Virus record (IMG/VR): IMGVR_UViG_3300032073_000024
Location: 327 to 64,326 of that record
Direction: 5' to 3' (one strand)
From: a virus
Taxonomy: Duplodnaviria > Caudoviricetes
Length of the DNA stretch: 64,000 bases
Each line of letters begins with the position of its first letter. The first letter of the stretch is position 1. The notes under the pieces are model-generated. The model worked only from the letters and a program-made list of their open reading frames with translations. It was not told the DNA's origin and made no database searches. The position numbers were made by a program, and so were the translations under genes. This document shows positions 9,085-17,797 of the stretch, piece by piece.

Positions 9085-9326
9085 CCACTATACTGTCACA
9101 GTATATCAAGGTAGCTCCTTGTTATTGGTCGCACCAAAATAAAAATACTGACAGTGTAGTGTAGAGAGACTTTATAAGTTTCTTCACTGTACTTCTTATC
9201 AGGGATAGCTCTCTGTTATTGGTAGCACCAAACAAAATCAGTTGTGTGAGGCGGCGGTATTTCAATCAGTACTTTGTACGGTTAGTTAATACTTAATGAA
9301 GCATGACTATAGAAGTACAGTGAAGA
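9077..9326 (+). ncRNA. Candidate tandem structured RNA units
   Basis: Two similar two-hairpin cores (9104-9139, 9197-9232), each enclosed by a long outer stem; 9181-9196 pairs perfectly with 9311-9326. Confidence 0.45.
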
Positions 9327-9359
9327 GACACTATACTGTTACAGTATAACAACAATCTT

Positions 9360-10181
9360 ATGAAAAAAACAAATGGATACGTAATCTATGAGAACCATAG
9401 ACTAGTAGTAATAGCAACTGGCTTCACAAGGAAGTCAGCCAACAGGAAGACAGGCAACATGATTCAAATTTGGATTCTTGTTAAGGCGCAGAATCCAGTC
9501 AAGGCAGTGTTGACTGGGTTAGATGAGATCATATGTGGCGACTGTCCTTTTAGGGGAGAAATCTGCTACGTAAATGTAGGACAAGCACCACTTGCAATCC
9601 ACAAGACATGGCTTAACGGTGGATACGGATACGCTGGAACTTTTGATAATAAAACTGGTGAATGGATACCAGATAAGGCAATGCTTGCTAGGTTATTTAG
9701 TGGGGCAAGCACTAGGTTTGGTGCATATGGTGATCCAGTAAACATACCTTTACCAATAGTCAAAAGAATTGCAGATCATTCTGCTAATTGGACTGGGTAC
9801 ACTCATCAATGGAGGGCAATTAATAATCAAGCCTACCGTGAATACTTCATGGCCTCAACAGATACTGAGGAACAAAAGATTACAGCGCATGAGATGAGCT
9901 GGCGTAGCTTTAGGGTTATTGATGATGGAGAAAATCCAAGTGATGGAGAGATTGTTTGCCCTAATTATACACATGGTGTGCAGTGTGCAGATTGTGGTAT
10001 GTGTAAAGGTAAAGGATCAAAGGCTAAATCAATTGTGATTACAGCACATGGTAGTAAGAAGAAAAAATTCTCAAAGGTCAGAGACTACGTGTCCAATCCT
10101 TTGGACAACATGAACCCAGCCCAGAAGATAATCGGAGAAAGACTTATGGAAAAACAAAACAACTATACTGTCACAGTATAA
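9360..10181 (+). CDS. Cys-rich Fe-S/radical-SAM-like phage protein (Gp88-like)
   Basis: N.KTG, CGDCP..CYV, RFGAYGDP, TGYTH and CP...CADCGMC motifs. Confidence 0.6.
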   Translation: MKKTNGYVIYENHRLVVIATGFTRKSANRKTGNMIQIWILVKAQNPVKAVLTGLDEIICGDCPFRGEICYVNVGQAPLAIHKTWLNGGYGYAGTFDNKTGEWIPDKAMLARLFSGASTRFGAYGDPVNIPLPIVKRIADHSANWTGYTHQWRAINNQAYREYFMASTDTEEQKITAHEMSWRSFRVIDDGENPSDGEIVCPNYTHGVQCADCGMCKGKGSKAKSIVITAHGSKKKKFSKVRDYVSNPLDNMNPAQKIIGERLMEKQNNYTVTV

Positions 10182-10190
10182 CAAAGTAAA

Positions 10191-10373
10191 ATGAACCTAA
10201 AGAGAAAAAATAAAACAGTGGTTCTTAATGTTAATGAGCGTGATAAATTCTATATTAAAGTTAGAGCTGAACATCTAGGCATAACTGTTAGTGAATATCT
10301 TCGCGGTTTAGTTAAGAAAGATATGAAAAAAATTCACTGGAGAGAGAACTATAAAATTAAAATAAATGAGTAA
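10191..10373 (+). CDS. Ribbon-helix-helix DNA-binding protein
   Basis: KTVVLNV strand followed by KVRAEHLGITVSEYLRGLV, a CopG/Arc-like pattern. Confidence 0.7.
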   Translation: MNLKRKNKTVVLNVNERDKFYIKVRAEHLGITVSEYLRGLVKKDMKKIHWRENYKIKINE

Positions 10374-10563
10374 AAATAAACCAAGGGCGCATGTTCCTTT
10401 TAATACTGGAACACGTATGCATAAGCCAGCCAAGGGAGCTGGATCATATCAACGCAAGCAAGGACAAGTAATGTCCAAGCGTGAGCAGGAAGAAGCTGAC
10501 TACCTACACGGGGTGAGCTTTGATCAAGACGGATGCGACAATCATATACCAAGCCATGAGTAA
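10366..10563 (+). CDS. Small protein with an ArfA-like motif
   Basis: KPAKGAGSYQRK resembles the ArfA KGKGSYxRK motif. Confidence 0.55.
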   Translation: MSKNKPRAHVPFNTGTRMHKPAKGAGSYQRKQGQVMSKREQEEADYLHGVSFDQDGCDNHIPSHE

Positions 10564-10939
10564 CGGTGCAACAGTAAGAAGAAAAGAGTTCCTTAACTAC
10601 GTAAAAATGTGTGCTAAGGCAGAAAGAAACCATCGCGTAAATGATAAAGGGACTAGGATTCAATATGTATGCAGTGATTGTGGTTCCTCTTGCGTGGGTA
10701 CAGTTGCACTCGCAACATGGTGTGAGGATAAGCAAGACTGGGAAGCAACTGAATTCTTTACACGGGATGATGAGAAAGATCCTAAAGCTCATTGCGGTGG
10801 ATGCGGTGCAGACAATTCCAAAGGATCAAACATTCGCTTACTACCAGTGGAGATATACAAAGCTCTTAAACCTGAGAAAGACTACATGGAAGATGATGCC
10901 CAGACTCTAGCTATGGAAATGTTAAGAAAGGATTTATGA
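10520..10939 (+). CDS. Zn-ribbon hypothetical protein
   Basis: CSDCGS and HCGGCG pairs; probable start at ATG about 10556. Confidence 0.65.
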   Translation: MIKTDATIIYQAMSNGATVRRKEFLNYVKMCAKAERNHRVNDKGTRIQYVCSDCGSSCVGTVALATWCEDKQDWEATEFFTRDDEKDPKAHCGGCGADNSKGSNIRLLPVEIYKALKPEKDYMEDDAQTLAMEMLRKDL

Positions 10940-11127
10940 CAGTGACATATCACGTTACCGTGAAGAGTGGGGATCACGTACAAACCCACAAGGTTGAAGG
11001 AGAAGGTGAAAGCTTGCTCCAATGTTATTCATCTGTGATCAATCAGATTGCAGAATCGTTCCCTTCAAGTGAAGGGCATCTCATTATCGGGGTAAAGTCC
11101 GATGGCGTAGGAGGCATTAGCCTCTAA
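10936..11127 (+). CDS. Hypothetical protein
   Basis: 63-aa ORF with an ATGA overlap. Confidence 0.6.
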   Translation: MTVTYHVTVKSGDHVQTHKVEGEGESLLQCYSSVINQIAESFPSSEGHLIIGVKSDGVGGISL

Positions 11128-11136
11128 ATAAAACAA

Positions 11137-11175
11137 CTCTCACCGCTTGTACTGTCACAGTATAGGCGGTGGGAG
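11137..11175 (+). other. 19-bp imperfect inverted repeat centred on a dyad copy
   Basis: CTCTCACCGCTTGTACTGT-C-ACAGTATAGGCGGTGGGAG; three mismatches, all G-T. Confidence 0.85.
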
Positions 11176-11199
11176 ATACAAACAAAAAGGAAAACTAAT

Positions 11200-11736
11200 A
11201 TGAATAGTTATAGTGCAAGATACAGATACAAAAAGAGATCGGAGATAGACGCTAAGTGGGTACTAATTCCCGGCAATACATACTCAATCAAAGACAACTT
11301 GAAATCTTTAGGTTGTAAGTTTGGGGAAAGAGGTGGAGCTAAAGGTTGGTTCTCTGACCCTGACTCCAGTCATATGGGTGAGATCAATGAGTTAGTAAAA
11401 GCATTACCGCCAGCACCTGACTACTCCAAGTGGGTAAACATAACAGGCAAGACGTTTCCATTTAAGGAAACTTTGAAGAGAGACTACAAGGCAAGGTGGA
11501 ATGCTGACGCTAAGGCTTGGATGGTTGACCCGTCTAAAGCTAAGGATGCTCAGGACATGGTTGACTTTGCTACTGGTGTGGAGAAGACAGCCAACTCAGT
11601 TCCCGGTATACCATGTGAAGAGTGCGGAACAGAACCCGCATATCAAAAAGGAGGCAGGACATTATGTGATGATCATATCATTCATGAACTTGAACTGTCT
11701 CAGATTGATAACGTCATGGAAGGAGAAACAGTATGA
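11200..11736 (+). CDS. Protein with two tandem DUF5710-like repeats and a C-terminal Zn finger
   Basis: KWVLIPGNTYSIKDNLK...GWFSDP and KWVNITGKTFPFKETLK...AWMVDP; CEECG...CDDH. Confidence 0.65.
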   Translation: MNSYSARYRYKKRSEIDAKWVLIPGNTYSIKDNLKSLGCKFGERGGAKGWFSDPDSSHMGEINELVKALPPAPDYSKWVNITGKTFPFKETLKRDYKARWNADAKAWMVDPSKAKDAQDMVDFATGVEKTANSVPGIPCEECGTEPAYQKGGRTLCDDHIIHELELSQIDNVMEGETV

Positions 11737-12005
11737 GTGGAGAACTAAAAGAATACTGGGTGACGGTTCCTGAAGTATGGCAGCAACAGTATACAGTCAT
11801 TGCGGGTAGCCCTAAAGAAGCATTGGCTGCTGTGATTGATGGAGACGGCTCTCCACATATGGAGGCTGAACACGTAAGAGGTATTGAACTTAATGCAAAC
11901 AGCTTAGAAGGATTAGACACATGGTCTGTAAATGATATATCAGTCTCAGATGAAGAGAATGTAGGCTATATCTGTGGCGGAGAATGGAGGGAAGGACATG
12001 CCTAA
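11733..12005 (+). CDS. Hypothetical protein
   Basis: 90-aa ORF with ATGA overlap. Confidence 0.65.
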   Translation: MSGELKEYWVTVPEVWQQQYTVIAGSPKEALAAVIDGDGSPHMEAEHVRGIELNANSLEGLDTWSVNDISVSDEENVGYICGGEWREGHA

Positions 12006-12165
12006 AAGATACAAAGTGTGGACTCAATTAGAAGTCATTGATGAAGATGATTACCCAGAAACAATAGAGGATTCTTATGTGGGGGTAGCTGAGTTCAGCA
12101 GCCTTAAAGAAGCACAATCCTTACAAGTAACACTGCAAGATCAGTTCAGTGGATTAACTGATTAA
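11974..12165 (+). CDS. Hypothetical protein
   Basis: Small acidic ORF; probable start at ATG 11998. Confidence 0.55.
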   Translation: MAENGGKDMPKRYKVWTQLEVIDEDDYPETIEDSYVGVAEFSSLKEAQSLQVTLQDQFSGLTD

Positions 12166-12218
12166 CTTTACTATACTGTCACAGTATTAACCAAATAAAT
12201 TAACTTGTCTTAAAAGGG

Positions 12219-12247
12219 TTGACGTTATACCACGTATGGTGTAACTT
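12219..12247 (+). promoter_or_regulatory. Sigma70-type promoter upstream of the AAA ATPase
   Basis: TTGACG-17 bp-TAACTT. Confidence 0.5.
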
Positions 12248-12300
12248 GATTCCCTTTGACAACACTCAACCATTATTAACAACATAAACAACTAACAAAA

Positions 12301-13446
12301 ATGAATGCAACTAAAGCGTACACCTCAACTCTAGAGGTAATTAAACTAGGTGTCATGATTTGTATAGACATGACAAGAACACACATCCAATCCAAAGGTA
12401 AAGACGGGGCCGCTATGGTTCCTGTGATTTGGGGTGGCGTAGGGTTAGGCAAGTCACAGCTTGGCCAACAAATCACAGCTCAATTAGGTTATGAGCTGGT
12501 TGACTTGAGAACATCAGACAAAGACCCAACTGATATTGGTGGGTTGCCTTGTCCCAACACTGACAAAGGTGAGTTAGTATATCTACAGTCAACATTAATG
12601 GAGCGCGTACTGAAACAGTATGATTCCAAAGGGAAGTACATACCTAAGAAACGTAAAGGTTGTATCTTTATGATGGATGAAAAAGATCGGGCGACTATGG
12701 AGGTGCAGAATGTTACACTTCAGCTTGACTTAGATAGGACTATCAATGGCAGAGAATTAGATGATGATGTTTATATTATCGGTGCTGGCAATGCCGATTC
12801 AGATACTGGAACTACACCTCTGTCTTCCGCTGCTGCCACTAGGTTGATTCACTTCTACGTAGACTCAACATCTAATGCCGCCGTTAAGGGATGGCAAAAC
12901 TGGGCTACTGATCAAGGCTTGCCGTCTTGGTCTATAGCATTCGCTGATTACCGTAAGGAAATATTTTGCGGTGAAGAGGTAGAGTATTCCGAGGTAACTA
13001 AATGTACTCCTCGTACTTTTGTTTGGGCTATCAAGCTCATTGAAAGGTGTAATAAAATTGGAGGCTATGCCAATAGACCAGAAGTTATCAAAGCTCTAGT
13101 CTATGGAGCTATAGGTTCAGTCGCAGGGCAAGAGGCATTAGCATTCCGCAAGCTGCAAGAGAATGTTCCAGATGTTAATTCAATCATCAAAGATCCAGAT
13201 GGGGTTGACATACCAGAAGGTAGTGACTCGTTTGGAATTCTGTACATAGCTACCCAGCATCTAGTTGAGTATGCATATGCAGATGGCACTGAAGATCGGG
13301 AAGCAACCCGTGCTTTTATTAAGTATGCTAACCGCTGGCCTGATGAACCAAAGGGAGCATTTATGAATGCCGCCTTACAACGTGGACTCACAGTCGCAGG
13401 ACTTGATGAGTATAAGAAATGGGATGAGCATCGCAAGGCTGCTTAA
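12301..13446 (+). CDS. AAA+ ATPase (MoxR/dynein-related type)
   Basis: Walker A GGVGLGKS, D..GLP, Walker B FMMDE, sensor AGN, TPR.W. Confidence 0.85.
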   Translation: MNATKAYTSTLEVIKLGVMICIDMTRTHIQSKGKDGAAMVPVIWGGVGLGKSQLGQQITAQLGYELVDLRTSDKDPTDIGGLPCPNTDKGELVYLQSTLMERVLKQYDSKGKYIPKKRKGCIFMMDEKDRATMEVQNVTLQLDLDRTINGRELDDDVYIIGAGNADSDTGTTPLSSAAATRLIHFYVDSTSNAAVKGWQNWATDQGLPSWSIAFADYRKEIFCGEEVEYSEVTKCTPRTFVWAIKLIERCNKIGGYANRPEVIKALVYGAIGSVAGQEALAFRKLQENVPDVNSIIKDPDGVDIPEGSDSFGILYIATQHLVEYAYADGTEDREATRAFIKYANRWPDEPKGAFMNAALQRGLTVAGLDEYKKWDEHRKAA

Positions 13447-13495
13447 TACTGTCACAGTATAATATAATTAATTAACTAAATAACTAAACGCTACA

Positions 13496-14401
13496 ATGGA
13501 AGATAATAACCAAGCACTACAACGGCTTAATGAAAATTGTTTACTCATTAAGATAAGCACTGGCCTACCCGGTCAGACATATACATCCAAAGATGCATCG
13601 GCTGATGCGTCAATGGCAAACAACGCAAACGTGGATAGGCTCAAGACTCAGGTCTTGAAGTTTACTAATGCTGATCTCAAGCCATGCCGTAAGGTAAGGG
13701 ACGATGCCAAGCAGTTACTAGCTGCCGTGTCTATTCCTTGGGATTCAAATGGTAAACGTCTCATACAAGTTGAGACATACCAGAACATAAAGCAAAGGCT
13801 CTCTGATTATAGGGCAGAGTTTTATGACAAGCGTGATGAGTTTGTAGATAAGTATCATAGCAAGGTTCAACGTGCAGCTAATGAGCTTCACTCTTTGTTT
13901 GATCCAGATAGGTTCCCTTCACCTCAAGGTGTTGGTAATGAGTTTCTGTTTGAGTTAGAGACGGAAGCTATTACTGATCCATCTGACATCAGGATCAAAG
14001 GAAGTCTTGATCTTGCTGAAGAGATCAAGCTGGAAACTGAGCGCAAGTATAAGAGGAAGCTTGATGACTCAGTAAAGGAAGTTGTAGGAAGACTGACTGA
14101 CCAGATCAAAACAAGTATGGAGTCTATTAAAAACTTCCATAAGAAATCACTGAAAGGAGAGAACACAAAGTTCTTTGCTTCTGCATTGACAGGGATCACT
14201 ACACTTTGTGATGCACTGCCTTCTCTTAATATCACTGATGATGCTGATATAAAATTATTTGAGAAGCAGATCAAGGATAGCCTTTACAAGTTGAATGTTG
14301 ATCAGGTTAAGGATTCTTGCACAGTCCGTGAAGAAGTTATGGAAGCGGGAGATTCTCTACTCTCTGCGCTTGAGAACTACAGTCCATCACAATTAAAATG
14401 A
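13496..14401 (+). CDS. Helical protein (DUF3150-like) between the ATPase and vWA genes
   Basis: 301-aa helical ORF with PW...RL, FP and LPSLNITDD motifs typical of partners in this gene triad. Confidence 0.55.
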   Translation: MEDNNQALQRLNENCLLIKISTGLPGQTYTSKDASADASMANNANVDRLKTQVLKFTNADLKPCRKVRDDAKQLLAAVSIPWDSNGKRLIQVETYQNIKQRLSDYRAEFYDKRDEFVDKYHSKVQRAANELHSLFDPDRFPSPQGVGNEFLFELETEAITDPSDIRIKGSLDLAEEIKLETERKYKRKLDDSVKEVVGRLTDQIKTSMESIKNFHKKSLKGENTKFFASALTGITTLCDALPSLNITDDADIKLFEKQIKDSLYKLNVDQVKDSCTVREEVMEAGDSLLSALENYSPSQLK

Positions 14402-15882
14402 ACAATATAATTCCAATGAATAGTTTTAAGAATGGTCTGACCGCAAAGGAGAAGATCGTTAATGCACAGGATTACTTATGGGATGAGCATCCTATAGGGA
14501 TTCCTTTCCTTTCTAAGTGGAAGATCATTGAGGATGATAGCATTAGTACTGCTTGTACCAACGGTGCAACATTACGGTACTCTCCTGATTGGATTGGTAA
14601 GCTACCATCTCAAGTTGTCAAAGGTATAATGTTGCATGAGGTAGCGCATGTTCTGTTTGCTCACCACTTGCGCCGAGGTGATCGTGATCCAAGGCTATGG
14701 AATATTGCGGCAGACTTAGCAATTAATTCTCACCTTGAGCCTTGGTATTCTAAATTAGGAATACTATCAGACCTCAAGAAAGATGGCGTTGCTTCTGGTG
14801 TGTTCCCTCTTGAAGGCAACTACGTGAAGATGCCTTCCGGTAAGAATGCTGAATGGTATTACCATGAGTTAATTAATCAGATTAATAACCAACCAGAAGA
14901 GGAAGAAGATGAAGAAGAGTTAGAGATAGAAGCCTATGACTTTGACGCACCTGAAGACCAAGGCCAGCAAGGTGAGCCTGAATCAAATACCCCAGCAGAA
15001 AGCTCTGACCTTGATGATGCTGATGTTAATCGTTGTTCAGCACAAGGGGATGAGGAAGGTGAGCAAGATTCTAATCAGTCCAATGAAACTGAAGATAAGT
15101 TTCAAGAACTTGTGAAGCAGTTCCTTGGTGATGATTATGACAAGGAAGGTATGGGTGATATATCTGACGCACCAGAAACTGACGAGCAAGATATCAAAGA
15201 GATTGAAGAGGCTTGGAAGGATACACTTTCTGAAGCAGTAGTCTTACAGAAGAAACAAGGTGAGGGTTTTGGTGATGGGCTTTCCATACTAGAGTGTATT
15301 AATAAACGCGCCAACAATGGATGGTCAATGCTTCGCCAGTGGATCACAAAGATGAGTGTTGGCGGGTACACATGGAAGCGGCCTTCACGTAGGCATGGTT
15401 ATAGAAAGGATGTTATACTTCCAAGCAACCGAACTAAGAATAAAACTAATGGTGTTGTTATTGTTGATACATCTGGATCAATGGGAGACCTAGAGTGTGC
15501 GGAAGCTATCGTTCAGATTGATAAGATCATTCGTGAATACCGCAACGCTACAGTCACTCTTGTTCAATGTGATACTAGGGTTATAGAAAGTGGTACTCGT
15601 ACATTTACTAAAGCTGACTTCCCTTTAAGGATACCTAATGAATGGTACGGTAGAGGCGGAACAGATATGATACCATCTATCAACTGGGTTAAAGAGCGTA
15701 GCTCTCAGTATGACTGGTGTTTAATTGTTTCAGATATGTACTGGGAGATTATGTATGACCCAGATCGTGTGCCACATGCTGGTGTGCCAACTGTTTATGT
15801 TGGGATTAATACAAGTCCCGACATGGAGATTAAACCTAACGCACCACAAACACATTACATTGCAGTGGAGGTTGCTGCATAA
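14398..15882 (+). CDS. HExxH metallopeptidase-like + vWA domain protein (DUF2201-like)
   Basis: TACTNG, HEVAH, WNIAADLAIN, acidic linker, MIDAS DTSGSM, GRGGTD, SD. Confidence 0.85.
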   Translation: MNNIIPMNSFKNGLTAKEKIVNAQDYLWDEHPIGIPFLSKWKIIEDDSISTACTNGATLRYSPDWIGKLPSQVVKGIMLHEVAHVLFAHHLRRGDRDPRLWNIAADLAINSHLEPWYSKLGILSDLKKDGVASGVFPLEGNYVKMPSGKNAEWYYHELINQINNQPEEEEDEEELEIEAYDFDAPEDQGQQGEPESNTPAESSDLDDADVNRCSAQGDEEGEQDSNQSNETEDKFQELVKQFLGDDYDKEGMGDISDAPETDEQDIKEIEEAWKDTLSEAVVLQKKQGEGFGDGLSILECINKRANNGWSMLRQWITKMSVGGYTWKRPSRRHGYRKDVILPSNRTKNKTNGVVIVDTSGSMGDLECAEAIVQIDKIIREYRNATVTLVQCDTRVIESGTRTFTKADFPLRIPNEWYGRGGTDMIPSINWVKERSSQYDWCLIVSDMYWEIMYDPDRVPHAGVPTVYVGINTSPDMEIKPNAPQTHYIAVEVAA

Positions 15883-16023
15883 ATAATTATGAGACCAGTG
15901 GTAGGTACATACTGCTATTAAGAAGCAGACAGGTTGCCTTTGTTGCATGAGGGTTTGTTCCTGCATTGATCGCCGCCACTGTTCTCTATTAATACTGTCA
16001 CAGTATAACAAAAAGGAATAAGA

Positions 16024-16482
16024 ATGGATCATATACAATACGTTAAAGAAGAAGTTTTAAAATACTATAGAAGTTTAGGTAAGTTGGAGATGCTTGAATC
16101 TTCAGTTAAGAGGTACAACAAAACCTCTTTTATTTGGAGGCTTAACAATAGACCAGAAGAAATTGCGGAGGCAGTAGCTTTTTTAATTGATGGTCAGTTT
16201 GGCTTCGGCCCAAGCCTTGTAATTAAAGAGATGATTGACGCTAACATTAGTACTGATAGAGATAAAGTAATTACTTATCTTGTAGTCCATGCTGGTGCAA
16301 TGAATTGGTTCTGCCCAAGAGGTAGAGCATATGCTGCATGGCGCAGCTTAGGTAAGAAAGAGCAAGGGCTTGTTGATGCCTTGGTAGAGAGTGAGGTAAA
16401 CCGATACCGTAAAGAAGTAAGTGACGGTGACACTCAGAACTTCATGGCTATGAAGGCGGGGAGGGATGCTGTTAAGTTATGA
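16024..16482 (+). CDS. Hypothetical protein
   Basis: 152-aa ORF with AAGGA upstream. Confidence 0.7.
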   Translation: MDHIQYVKEEVLKYYRSLGKLEMLESSVKRYNKTSFIWRLNNRPEEIAEAVAFLIDGQFGFGPSLVIKEMIDANISTDRDKVITYLVVHAGAMNWFCPRGRAYAAWRSLGKKEQGLVDALVESEVNRYRKEVSDGDTQNFMAMKAGRDAVKL

Positions 16483-17642
16483 CTAAAGTTAAATGCGACT
16501 GGTGTGACAAAATGTTTGATCCCGCAAAGAGAAAGGACAGGATCGGCAGTCGCACCTTCAAGTACACAAAATACTGCTCCAAGTCTTGTTGTTCAAAAAG
16601 AAACGACAGTATTAGAAATGAGAAATTAAAAGCGGAGACAAGAGAGAAAAGGCACGGCGTTAAAAAAACCTGTGATGAGTGTGGCAAAGAGATGGATGCC
16701 TATAAGGCAGGCACGGGGGTAGCAAGGAGGTACTGTAGTGATGAATGTAAAAGGATAATAAAAAACAGGAACACCTTAAAAAGCGAGGCGTACCAAGAAC
16801 AGTTAAAGAGAAGTCAAGAAAAGTGCCGACTTGAAAGAGAGCAGCGTCCCAAAGGGAGGAACTGTGGGTACTGCGGGACTTGGTTTAATTACAAGACCGC
16901 TCAGTCAAAGCCTATAAAGTGGGGTGACGTACATAAAAGCGTAGAGTTTGTTTACACAAGACAGGAGTACTGTTGTAGGAAGTGTACGACAGAAGCGCAC
17001 AAAGAAAGAACAGGAACTTTTCCAAACGGCAAGCCGGTCAAGGTTCCCGTTAGGGTTCAGTGTGCCGCCCCCGGTTGTGATAATATGTTCAGTACAACAA
17101 AAGGGGTACTTGAAAGAGCGCACAGGGCTAAGAAATATTGTTCCCATAATTGCGCTTGCACAACGTGGAGGCTCAACAATCTAGAACTGAGCCGCAAGAT
17201 GGCCAGAGAATCAGCGCGTAGAAATAGGGAGGTAGGGAAGAGGTATCAACTTATGCTCAAAAAAACCAACCCGTCTTACGCAATGGCTTGCCGCTTGAGG
17301 GGGAGGTTAAGGGCTGCCTTAAAACAAGCTGGCCTTAACCCGAACAAGCCGCATAGGAAATCCACTGAAGAATTAGTGGGTTGTTCCTTTGGTGACTTGG
17401 TTACTCACATTGAATCAAAGTTCACAGTGGGCATGGATTGGGATGTGTTCCTTAATGCTGGCTTCAGCGGCATCCACATTGATCACATCATGCCGTGTGC
17501 TGCCTTTGATTTAACTAAGGAAGAGGAACAGCGTAAGTGTTTCCATTGGTCAAACCTTCAGCCCTTGTGGGCTGTAGATAACCTAAGTAAAGGGGCGCGG
17601 TATGAAGGTAGGGAAGCAGGCCATATACAAAATAGTTGCTGA
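16479..17642 (+). CDS. HNH endonuclease with N-terminal Zn-finger repeats
   Basis: Four CxxC...YCSxxC-type units; C-terminal HIDHIMP...FHWSNLQPLWAVDNLSKG. Confidence 0.8.
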   Translation: MTKVKCDWCDKMFDPAKRKDRIGSRTFKYTKYCSKSCCSKRNDSIRNEKLKAETREKRHGVKKTCDECGKEMDAYKAGTGVARRYCSDECKRIIKNRNTLKSEAYQEQLKRSQEKCRLEREQRPKGRNCGYCGTWFNYKTAQSKPIKWGDVHKSVEFVYTRQEYCCRKCTTEAHKERTGTFPNGKPVKVPVRVQCAAPGCDNMFSTTKGVLERAHRAKKYCSHNCACTTWRLNNLELSRKMARESARRNREVGKRYQLMLKKTNPSYAMACRLRGRLRAALKQAGLNPNKPHRKSTEELVGCSFGDLVTHIESKFTVGMDWDVFLNAGFSGIHIDHIMPCAAFDLTKEEEQRKCFHWSNLQPLWAVDNLSKGARYEGREAGHIQNSC

Positions 17643-17797
17643 GAGTTTAGCCGTGGAAACAAAAGACCGTTCAAGCCAAAAGATTCTTGCTGCTGTAGAA
17701 GCGGTATCAATTACTCTTATTGCTGACGGCCATAAAATAAATGGCAAACTTAACAGGAAGTCTGCTGTGAGGGCAGTTCAAAAAAGATTAGAGAGTT

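Noticed and set aside
9197-9260. tRNA gene (TAGCTC...TTGGTAG resembles a D-arm)
   Set aside because: No T-arm GTTCRA, anticodon arm or acceptor stem in the correct geometry.
7781-16006. Dyad copies as a CRISPR array
   Set aside because: The repeats are only 15 bp, irregularly spaced hundreds to thousands of bp apart and separated by whole genes. No cas operon is present; the Cas4-like gene is a typical phage recombination exonuclease.
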